Source: an uncultured Gemmatimonadota bacterium (GTDB lineage Bacteria > JAAXHH01). From it: a stretch of 64,000 bases of DNA. Numbering within the stretch: the first letter of the stretch is position 1; the number at the start of each line of letters is the position of its first letter. The stretch is from contig OX638340.1 of assembly GCA_951812955.1 (NCBI GenBank), positions 32,001-96,000 on the forward strand, written 5' to 3'. The notes below the pieces were generated by a model that saw only the letters and a program-made list of their open reading frames with translations, was not told the origin of the DNA and did no database searches. Below are positions 30,592 to 38,964 of this stretch, piece after piece. The position numbers were made by a program, and so were the translations under genes.

Positions 30592-31479
30592 TTAAATCGC
30601 CAGATGTTTCCTGAAGAATCCGACGGTGCGGTTCCACGCCAGCGCGGCCGCCGTCTCGTTGTACCGGGGTGTCGAGTTGTTGTGGAAACCGTGCAGCGTC
30701 CCCTCGAACATGTGCATTTCGTAGGTCACGCCGTTCGCTTCGAGTGCCGCTTCGTACTCGGGCCACATGGCGTTGATACGCGGATCGGTTCCCGCGTAGA
30801 TGATCATCAAGGCCGCCTCGATCTTCGGCACGTCCTCGCTCGCGGCCGTGGCACCGTAGTACGGCACGCCGGCGTTCAGTTCGCTGCCGAGGGCGACCGC
30901 CAGGCGATTGGTCATCCCCCCTCCCCAGCAGAATCCCGTGGCGCCGAGGCGCCCGTTCGACAGTTCGTGCGCCTTAAGATACCGGGCACTGTTGATCATG
31001 TCCTGATCCAGCTTCGCCGGGTCGAGACTCCGCTGCAAGGTACGGCCATCGTCATCGTTACCGGGGTACCCGCCGACCGGAGCCAGTCCATCCGGTGCCA
31101 GCGCGAGGAATCCGGCCACGGCCGCGCGCCGCGCCACGTCCTCGATGTAGGGATTGAGGCCGCGATTCTCGTGGAAAACCACGACGGATGGAAAGGGCCC
31201 GTCGCCGGTGGGTTGCACGAGGTATCCGCGCATAGTCCCGGACGTGCCTCCGGGAGACGGGTACTCGACGTACCTGCCCTTGATCCGCCGGTCGGTGAAG
31301 GAGATCGTCTGGGCCTCGGCGTAGCGCGGCAGGAGCGATTCGGCCATCCAGAGCGCGGAGGCGCCGCCGATCGTGATCGCCGAGGCGCGCTTGAAAAACG
31401 TGCGCCGGTCGATATGGCCGTGACAATATTCGTCATACAGGACGAAGATGCGCGGGTCGATCTTTTTTTCAGAAGACAT
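30592..31479 (-). CDS. Dienelactone hydrolase-family protein with a twin-arginine (Tat) signal peptide
   Basis: RRTFFKRASAITIGGASALWMA Tat-like signal. DLH-family alpha/beta hydrolase features (GFCWGG). Confidence 0.7.
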   Translation of the reverse strand: MSSEKKIDPRIFVLYDEYCHGHIDRRTFFKRASAITIGGASALWMAESLLPRYAEAQTISFTDRRIKGRYVEYPSPGGTSGTMRGYLVQPTGDGPFPSVVVFHENRGLNPYIEDVARRAAVAGFLALAPDGLAPVGGYPGNDDDGRTLQRSLDPAKLDQDMINSARYLKAHELSNGRLGATGFCWGGGMTNRLAVALGSELNAGVPYYGATAASEDVPKIEAALMIIYAGTDPRINAMWPEYEAALEANGVTYEMHMFEGTLHGFHNNSTPRYNETAAALAWNRTVGFFRKHLAI

Positions 31480-31806
31480 GGGTCTTTGCTCCTTAAGGCT
31501 GGCGATTTGCTCACTTGCTCACTCGTTCGCGCCGCACGGCCGAGATTCGCACCGGATGAGGTTCTGCACCGGGCTAGGTCCTTCCAGGACTATTGCCTAC
31601 TCCAATAGTGACTAACCGGCATTTTAGTGACGAATAACGGCATGCCCAACGGATCACCAGTATAAAATACAATCTGGACCCGCGATTTCAAGGAGGATGC
31701 AGGGGACTTGCCAGAATGGATAGTGCTTGATGTTGGCATTGTCCGCTGTAATTTGCATGACCGTTCACCTGTTATACTAGTGGATACTGGTAGAGGAGTA
31801 TTGTGT

Positions 31807-32943
31807 ATGACAAGCACGCTTCCGGATCTCACGGCAAAACTCGTTTCGATTGACTCGACGAACCCCTCGCTGGTCTCGTCCGGAGCGGGCGAAGCGGAAA
31901 TTGCCGCCTTCGTAGCGGACTGGTGCCGGGATCAGGCCCTCGATGTTCGAATCATAGAGGCCGATGGGCGTCCGAACGTGGTTGCTGTCGCGAAGGGTAC
32001 GGGAGGCGGCCGTTCGATCATCCTGAATGGCCATCTCGATACGGTCGGAGTCGACGGCATGGACGATCCGTTCCGACCGAGGGTCGAAGGCGGCAGAATG
32101 TACGGCCGTGGCACAATCGACATGAAAGCGTCAATCGCCGCGATGATGGCCACTTTGGCCAGGGTGCGGAGAAACCCGTTGAGAGGGAACGTCGTCATGA
32201 CGGCTGTCGCCGACGAAGAGGCCTACAGCGTCGGCACCACCGCCGTGCTGGACAGCGGCGTGACGGCTGATGCCGCCATCGTGACCGAACCCACAAGCGG
32301 GGACGTCGTCGTCGCGCACAAGGGATTCTCATGGGCCGACGTCATCGCCCAGGGTCGCGCCGCCCATGGCTCCCTGCCGGCCGAGGGGCTCGATGCCATC
32401 ACGAAGATGGGTGCGTTCCTTCAAGGGCTTGAAAATCTCCAGGCCGAATTGCATAAACACCCGGGTGATCCTATGCTCGGACCGGGTTCGGTTCATGCTT
32501 CGACGATCAGCGGCGGCCGTGAAATGTCGAGTTATCCCGCGACCTGTCACCTCGGCGTGGAAAGGCGCACGATCCCGGGTGAGACCGCCCGGGACTTCAT
32601 TGCGGAGCTGGAAGGAATCGCCGAACGGTGCCGCCAGGCCGATCCGGGTTTCCAGGCCGAGATCACTCTGACCTTCGATCGACAGCCATTTTCGATTGAG
32701 GCAGATCATGAAATCGTCGAGCTGGTCAGGACGGTCGCTACGGAGACAACCGGTCGAGCGCCAGACATATGCGGGAAAGCCGGCTGGATGGATGCCGCGC
32801 TGCTGAGCGAGCGCTCGATTCCGACCGTTATCTACGGTCCGGCAGGAGGCGACTTCCACGGGGATAACGAATGGGTGGACCTGGCGTCGATCGAAGTGTG
32901 CGCCGATGTCCTCACAGATGTTGCCAGCGAGTTCTGTGCATGA
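31807..32943 (+). CDS. M20-family metallopeptidase / deacetylase (ArgE/DapE-like)
   Basis: GHLDTVGV, GTIDMKAS and the His/Asp/Glu metal-ligand pattern. Start at the internal ATG (MTSTLPDL). Confidence 0.8.
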   Translation: MTSTLPDLTAKLVSIDSTNPSLVSSGAGEAEIAAFVADWCRDQALDVRIIEADGRPNVVAVAKGTGGGRSIILNGHLDTVGVDGMDDPFRPRVEGGRMYGRGTIDMKASIAAMMATLARVRRNPLRGNVVMTAVADEEAYSVGTTAVLDSGVTADAAIVTEPTSGDVVVAHKGFSWADVIAQGRAAHGSLPAEGLDAITKMGAFLQGLENLQAELHKHPGDPMLGPGSVHASTISGGREMSSYPATCHLGVERRTIPGETARDFIAELEGIAERCRQADPGFQAEITLTFDRQPFSIEADHEIVELVRTVATETTGRAPDICGKAGWMDAALLSERSIPTVIYGPAGGDFHGDNEWVDLASIEVCADVLTDVASEFCA

Positions 32944-33622
32944 CCGGGAGCCCGGGGCGCGATGCACGAACCATATATCCAGATTAAACTCATCCAAAAA
33001 CATGGCGCCAAGATTCCGGGGTTTTATTGGGTACGGGTATGGTTCGGAACTGATCAGACTTGACAACAACTTAGTTCAGAGATTAAACTGATGTACAAAT
33101 AACTTATAGAACGCGTCCAGGCCGTTCTCGCCTGGGCACTTGTATTTACACCGTAACAGGATCAGGCGGAACGATGATTCGGACGGTAAGACGCGGTATC
33201 GGTACGGTCGTGATTTGGTTGATCACAACGCTGGTTCGATTGGGGAAACGGTTAATGCGGAATCGGAAACGAGGCGTTGCCTAGCGGAGGATGTGGCGCG
33301 GGCAGCACGGTAGGCAACGAGGGTCGAACCGGAAATCGGATGACGATTGGCAAACGGCCGGTAGTAACGTTAATCACCGATACGATATGCCAGCCGGGGG
33401 GGTGGTACAATACCCGGCGGCGATACAATAGCCGACTACCACATCGAGTATGACTCGCGAGATGGGACCACAAAAGGCGGAAGGATTCGCCGGTTGTGGT
33501 TTTTTTTGTGCGTGGATCCCGGCTCGGTACCTTAGTCATCAAACAGCGTACTTATTCCGAGAACTATACCGATGCTTCCGCTCAATAGATATATAGTCGA
33601 CATACAAAACCATATTGAGACT

Positions 33623-34693
33623 CTATTGACGAGCATTCGTCAGGTCTTCCAATTCATCTTCTTTGTAGGTGGCAGGTACCCATTCACGCGACAGGTATGG
33701 CTTGTCAATTTCGTCCAACTGTAATGCATCACGGTACCATTTGGGTAGGCCAGCTGTCGGCGGATTATCTGGATGGTAAATCGGCCGGTTCCATTGCGGC
33801 ATGCCGACTTCCGGCCAATGATCCTTGTCGTACTTCATAGGATATACCCACCAGAGTCCCAAATTAGATTCAACCAGGAAAATCTCGTCAGGCAAATAAG
33901 TACGCCCAGCAAGTAGAGTTGGTAACTGGTTCCCGATGAGGTCGAATCTCGTATGAGCTGCGTCCTGGCTTTCTAAAACCAGGACGGTTCGTGCTCCATC
34001 AGCACGACACTTCGCCAACTTTGGAAACTTGTCAGCAAAAGCTCTACGGATCCGTTCCGTCCGACAGCTTTCCAAGTCTTCGGGATAGTCAAGTACCGTT
34101 TGAACAAAGCCCGGCTTTCGTCCTGCCTTAATCCCATTCCGCCACCTCAGCAATTCGACTGTACAGTTTATACACGAGAGATCGTCTTTGATGCTATCGT
34201 CGGGAAAACAGTAAAGGCTGATTGGGATTCCATGGCAGTCGATAGGTAAAGACAGTAAGGTATTCCTCTCGTACATGGTCTGGGCACTGCTTAGAATCCA
34301 TTCGGCAAGGTTCTTCAAAGCCCTAACTCGTTTGACTTTCCCCCTGGGCAGACAAACATCTGTTGGTACTTGAAGCACGTAGTACATGGGATCTGGTAAC
34401 TGGCCGGCGAGGCTTTGTATCAAGTACTGTCTAATCTCCACGACGGTTAACTCAGTTTTAATATTGTTCTCAAAGGGTTCAATTATTGTGTGCTCAATCG
34501 CGTATTCTTGTTCACCCAATTTCATACGCAATTCCACTGGCGGCCCTACTCGATCACTCTCAGGATGACGTATTTCAGATCGTTTCTTCCGAGTGCGTCT
34601 TTCCATAGTCTTCACAACCGCGTCGCACGCCTTGCCCTCGTTTTTAGGTACGATTACGTGCGGTTTACTGTATGGAGTCTCGTTATTCTTCAT
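33623..34693 (-). CDS. Hypothetical protein at the island edge
   Basis: 356 aa, low GC, no recognisable motifs. Standalone gene with intergenic regions of 450 nt or more on both sides. Confidence 0.4.
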   Translation of the reverse strand: MKNNETPYSKPHVIVPKNEGKACDAVVKTMERRTRKKRSEIRHPESDRVGPPVELRMKLGEQEYAIEHTIIEPFENNIKTELTVVEIRQYLIQSLAGQLPDPMYYVLQVPTDVCLPRGKVKRVRALKNLAEWILSSAQTMYERNTLLSLPIDCHGIPISLYCFPDDSIKDDLSCINCTVELLRWRNGIKAGRKPGFVQTVLDYPEDLESCRTERIRRAFADKFPKLAKCRADGARTVLVLESQDAAHTRFDLIGNQLPTLLAGRTYLPDEIFLVESNLGLWWVYPMKYDKDHWPEVGMPQWNRPIYHPDNPPTAGLPKWYRDALQLDEIDKPYLSREWVPATYKEDELEDLTNARQ

Positions 34694-35149
34694 CGTTTCC
34701 TAATCTAAATGTAATTAACGGAAAATCGCTGTTGATGGCTGAGTCAGACCCTTTCACCAGTCTTCCGATCCGGTAGCCTTCTGTAGCCTTCTACTGATTA
34801 CAACTTCCAAACCTAATCCAGGAGCCATGCGCCTTGTGGAGATTGCCCCTCTGCAGTAGGGCGGCAGGTCACGAAAGAATCCGTGGACCACTCCAGTAAG
34901 ATTTCACGTAGCATCGCCTACTCGCCCTGACTGTCAAATGCAACCTAGCCATCGGTAACACCAAGCGTGATTCACTAAAGACGGTAAGCCCATGAAGTCT
35001 TCACGGTTCAAAGAAACTCCGAATTCCCTTATCTACGGGTTTTAAAGGGTTATGTAGGGGAGGTGTTGGCAACTGCTAATGGATGTTTCAGAGGGTGGGA
35101 ATGCGGTGTTGAGGCAACTCATAATAGTCCTGGTGATATCTAATCCCCA

Positions 35150-35635
35150 TCACAAGTTGTTTGTACGTCGGAGTAATTTGGATGATACCCAACTCCATGC
35201 TTTCCAAACAAACGAGGTTTTAGTTAGTAAGCCTTGCTCTTTATCAGTCTCCATACGGTCATCGGAGTTGAAAAACCGGTTGATTTCCAATCTATGGTTA
35301 CTTCGCTCCTCAAGAATCTCACGTGTAGACCATCGGCGTGACCAATGAACTTTGTTATTTTCGATCCAATAATGTGATTGACACTCCTCACTCCAATTTC
35401 CCACAGAGGGCCGGAGACTTATAGATAACCCATTGTAAATAAACGCCCACCCAGTGGGATGTAACGGTGTGTTTATCTCGCTACCACACCCACATGCACA
35501 TTTATGGATTACAGTACGGTACTTCAGCGAAATGTAAATTCGACCGTCTTCTAAACGGTTGGGTACAACATCCGAGAAGACCGGGGTAAATTCAGTCGTT
35601 TTTGAAGACCGTTCTAATCGTTTTGTTTTGCACAC
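35150..35635 (-). CDS. Small Cys-rich (HKCACGCG) predicted metal-binding protein, last gene of the E1/Ubl operon
   Basis: 161 aa. Its start overlaps the E1 gene stop by about 22 nt. CxCxCx cluster plus two further Cys residues. Confidence 0.45.
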   Translation of the reverse strand: MCKTKRLERSSKTTEFTPVFSDVVPNRLEDGRIYISLKYRTVIHKCACGCGSEINTPLHPTGWAFIYNGLSISLRPSVGNWSEECQSHYWIENNKVHWSRRWSTREILEERSNHRLEINRFFNSDDRMETDKEQGLLTKTSFVWKAWSWVSSKLLRRTNNL

Positions 35636-36831
35636 TCGACGTAGTCCCGGTTTATTATCTTGTTTCCGTCCATTATATATCCGGAATCACCCTCATGAAC
35701 TAAGTCTTGAAATACACCTCGGATTTTCTTCCATTTTATTACTGCCAATGCTGCATTGAGGGCGTTTAGTTCTGCCAATTGTATGTTTCTTTCGTACTCT
35801 CCAACATCTCCTCCTGCCATATCGATACGATTCTTCTCTGTCACATGGCCCCTATTGCCCGGTTCACTAGTAGTCGTTCGGAGTATCCCGCCTAGTCTAT
35901 CTCCTTCACGATAAATCCCCATCCCGGTATCAATACAAACGCTCTCGGCATCTTCGCAAATCCTAAATATAGATTGTTTTATGGCATGGCCATCAATACA
36001 CAGGAAAACTGTATCGTGTCCTTTTAACTCATTAACGTTTTCCTCCACAATCTTAGTGGGATGTGCAACAATACCGCGACGCATACGACTGTAGCGTTCG
36101 AAATGAAACTCTGATTTGATGGGGCCTCCTTCCAATTCTTCAACCGCTACTGCTCCCGGTGCTCGAAATGAGTTGTGCTGAAGAAAACGGTCATCGTCAT
36201 ACAGATGGATCTCTTTAACCCATGTCTTAGCAACATAGTCGAGAACGTAAGCCCCGGTCCCACCTAAACCAACAATTGCTACAGTCTCCCCTTCCAATCT
36301 CGAAGATATATCTGTTGTATTTTGACGGGCTGACGCTGTTTCCATAAACGCGAATACATTCGAATTGCTCTCGGATTTCGCGACTTTCCACTTCTGCGCC
36401 GACGTTGACGAGTCGATTTTCCTAGCTTCTCGCGTTATGATTTCAATATAGGTTCTTACTTTGTGTTCATAATCTATGTACCGCCCGCCTTCCGGCTTGG
36501 CTGAAAACATATAGGTTAACTTTAGACCATTGCTCAGAATCTGGTTGTGGCCGCTTTCACCCAGAACCTCAAGCTTCTGTGAATTCCCGTCATACGGAAA
36601 TTCTCCTGTCCAATAGGCCACGTGGTCACCTGGTTGACTAGTTCTCTCGCCTCTGAGGTCAAGTTGCATTACTAATGTTGCCTCTGCAATTCCTCCAACA
36701 CTGGTAACATAAGGCACATCTTGTATTAGAAGGTAGCCATCTATAAATCGGATTGTATATCCGGATTCCTCTATGCGTTTCAGATCCGTATTACGAGCGA
36801 TCAGTGCGTGTGACATTGAATACTGTCCCAT
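35614..36831 (-). CDS. E1-like ThiF/MoeB-family adenylyltransferase with a cysteine-free N-terminal domain of about 190 aa (possible E2/UEV-like)
   Basis: ThiF Rossmann motif VAIVGLGGTGAYVLDYVAKTWVKEIHLYDDD. The N-terminal half contains no Cys. Confidence 0.7.
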   Translation of the reverse strand: MGQYSMSHALIARNTDLKRIEESGYTIRFIDGYLLIQDVPYVTSVGGIAEATLVMQLDLRGERTSQPGDHVAYWTGEFPYDGNSQKLEVLGESGHNQILSNGLKLTYMFSAKPEGGRYIDYEHKVRTYIEIITREARKIDSSTSAQKWKVAKSESNSNVFAFMETASARQNTTDISSRLEGETVAIVGLGGTGAYVLDYVAKTWVKEIHLYDDDRFLQHNSFRAPGAVAVEELEGGPIKSEFHFERYSRMRRGIVAHPTKIVEENVNELKGHDTVFLCIDGHAIKQSIFRICEDAESVCIDTGMGIYREGDRLGGILRTTTSEPGNRGHVTEKNRIDMAGGDVGEYERNIQLAELNALNAALAVIKWKKIRGVFQDLVHEGDSGYIMDGNKIINRDYVECAKQND

Positions 36832-37060
36832 CCTTTATCTTCACATTTTCGCCTTCGCTCAAACCACCTTCTTGTTCACGTCCACCACCTTCATAAAACA
36901 GCACTGTGTAACTAATTAAAGCGCCACGACCACCATCCGGGTAAGCTAAATCCACTATTTCGTCAAAAGTCACTTCGTCATGGTCTACGGTGTACGGACG
37001 TGCATTGATTATGATATCAAAACCCTTGTTCTCTAGACTTTGCTGAGGTTCTTTTTCCAT
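36791..37060 (-). CDS. Small beta-grasp ubiquitin-like protein, multiubiquitin-family-like
   Basis: About 89 aa from the internal ATG (MEKEPQQ). Pattern FDIIINARPYTV..VTFDEIVDLA...ENVKIKDGTVFNVTRTDRS resembles the Multi_ubiq family. Its 3' end overlaps the E1 start. Confidence 0.45.
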   Translation of the reverse strand: MEKEPQQSLENKGFDIIINARPYTVDHDEVTFDEIVDLAYPDGGRGALISYTVLFYEGGGREQEGGLSEGENVKIKDGTVFNVTRTDRS

Positions 37061-37089
37061 ATTAATGGCTTCCGCCTCCTTATCGGGAT

Positions 37090-37629
37090 TCAGGCTATGT
37101 CCCTGATGCCCAATGTCAACCCTCCTGAGCGAACGAATTCCCTCCATAGAGGTGACAACAATTGAGCTGCAACTGGAGCTTCACGAGAAGAAAGTATAAT
37201 TTGTAATTCTCTCCTTTCATCTAAAGGTGCCTCTTTCCATATATTGTACAAATCCCAGCAGTTTCCGTCCGTCAAAATACCGTACCTTACCCCGACCTCA
37301 GTACAGTATGTCAACATCTGAGTGCGGTGTGTGTTGAGATCCTCGTTCAGTTTTTTTGCCTCGACTAGAACCAGTGGCTTTCTATCTTCTCCAAGTAATG
37401 CGTAGTCAACACGCTGATTCGCTTGATTTCCTGTACGGAATTCAACTTCTACATGCTCTACGATGCTAACGTCCCAAGCAAGGGCTTTCAATACCGGATC
37501 CACTAATACATTCCTTGTCCTTATCTCATTTTTCTGGAGGTATTCTCCGTGTTTTACTATTACCTCACGTGCTCGTTGTAGCGTGCTTACCAAGGGTTCT
37601 AACAAATCAGTCATAAACTCCCTCACCAC
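37090..37629 (-). CDS. PD-(D/E)XK restriction-endonuclease-like protein (HsdR N-terminal-domain-like), first gene of the operon
   Basis: 179 aa. RVDYALLGEDRKPLVLVEAKKL gives the D...EAK catalytic motif, followed by QMLTY...GILTDG. Confidence 0.6.
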   Translation of the reverse strand: MVREFMTDLLEPLVSTLQRAREVIVKHGEYLQKNEIRTRNVLVDPVLKALAWDVSIVEHVEVEFRTGNQANQRVDYALLGEDRKPLVLVEAKKLNEDLNTHRTQMLTYCTEVGVRYGILTDGNCWDLYNIWKEAPLDERRELQIILSSREAPVAAQLLSPLWREFVRSGGLTLGIRDIA

Positions 37630-37982
37630 TAAGTGAGCGATTCCCCAGTTGAACTTCTCTACTATAATATACGGCTAGCGGATCTGTACATATTACTTAA
37701 CGTATGATTCGTATGGAACTCTGTCAAATAGATTTCAACTTGAATACAATGTCATTGCTGAATAGATCGTAGCCATATCTCATCTACACCATTGAGTAGC
37801 ATATTGGATTACGCGCGGCGGTTTGGTAATATCGCGCATTCAGGTAGTTGGCGATGCACTTGGCACGCCGCACGGTCCCTGCAGATACGCCACAGAGCCA
37901 ACTCAGGCATGCACGAGTCATTTAACATCAGCCCTAGAAAATGCCCTTGACATCATATGATTTATGAGTCATGTTATGATGT

Positions 37983-38351
37983 ATGAAATGGGAAGTCGAT
38001 TTCCATCCGGCGTTTGATCCCGAGTTTGCCGCCATGGCACTGAAGGTGCAGGACGAACTGCTTACACAAGCAAAGCTCTTGGAGGAGTTCGGACCAACAT
38101 TAGGTCGTCCGCGGGTGGATACGCTAAATGGTTCGCGGCATGCTAATATGAAGGAACTTCGTTTTACTATGACTGGCGGAGTCTGGCGGGTCGCATTTGC
38201 TTTCGACCCCGAACGTAAGGCCATGCTACTGGTTGCCGGCGATAAATCGGGAGTCGGTGAACAACGGTTCTACCAGCAACTGATCAGGAAGGCGGATCAC
38301 CGCTTCGATCTACATCTTGAACTGTTGAAAGCTGAGAGGAGGCCAAGATGA
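37983..38351 (+). CDS. Type II toxin, RelE/HigB-like (phage Gp49-like addiction-module killer)
   Basis: 122 aa. KELRFTMTGGVWRVAFAFDPERKAMLLVAGDK matches the HigB/Gp49 family pattern. Confidence 0.7.
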   Translation: MKWEVDFHPAFDPEFAAMALKVQDELLTQAKLLEEFGPTLGRPRVDTLNGSRHANMKELRFTMTGGVWRVAFAFDPERKAMLLVAGDKSGVGEQRFYQQLIRKADHRFDLHLELLKAERRPR

Positions 38352-38698
38352 GTACGTTGACGGACAGAATGGACAAGCTGTCCCCGTCCCGACGGAAGAA
38401 GGTAGAAGAACGGGCCAGGGCGTTGATCGCCGAAGAAATGTCGCTACGGGACTTGCGCAAGGCTCGAAAGCAGACGCAGATGCGGGTCGCCGAGAAGCTC
38501 GGGATCAATCAGGAAAACGTGTCCCGCCTTGAACAGCGCAGTGATCTCTTGATTTCCACCCTCAGCGGCTATGTCGAGGCGATGGGGGGTAAACTGAGTC
38601 TGGTGGCGGAGTTTCCGGACCGGCCGCCAGTGGCGCTGACTGGCATTGCGGCACTCGACGACCTTTTGGAGCGGCCTGCAGAATCTCGTACCGGATGA
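38348..38698 (+). CDS. HTH (XRE-family) antitoxin, HigA-like
   Basis: 116 aa. HTH region MSLRDLRKARKQTQMRVAEKLGINQENVSRLEQ. 4-nt ATGA overlap with the toxin gene. Confidence 0.7.
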   Translation: MSTLTDRMDKLSPSRRKKVEERARALIAEEMSLRDLRKARKQTQMRVAEKLGINQENVSRLEQRSDLLISTLSGYVEAMGGKLSLVAEFPDRPPVALTGIAALDDLLERPAESRTG

Positions 38699-38964
38699 AG
38701 AGAGGATCGCGATATGGTCGCAGGCGGGTCGCTAAACGTCGAAAACACACCGGTTCCCGGGTGTCGCGAATCTCAGATTTGGGATATATAACTACAGTGA
38801 GGCGGGACCGGCCTTGGCCTTAGTGGCAAAACGCCTACGATCGATCAGTTCGCATTCCACGCTTGTGAAGATTCTCTTGCACAGCACGTTGTCATAGTAG
38901 TCGTTTACCGAGCCCATAGATGGCCAGATGCCAGCCGTGCAAACCGGTGCCCGTCGGAGCGAAC

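Noticed and set aside
32329-33069. 246-aa minus-strand ORF overlapping the 3' half of the M20 peptidase gene
   Set aside because: Entirely antisense to a well-supported gene and has no domain features. High-GC artefact.
32944-33620. Searched the left island boundary for a direct repeat of the ssrA 3' end (att site), and for a tRNA-like remnant such as ggttcgattgggg at about 33232
   Set aside because: Only short chance matches of 10 nt or less (for example gagattaaac). No convincing attL/attR repeat by eye, so a computational search is needed.
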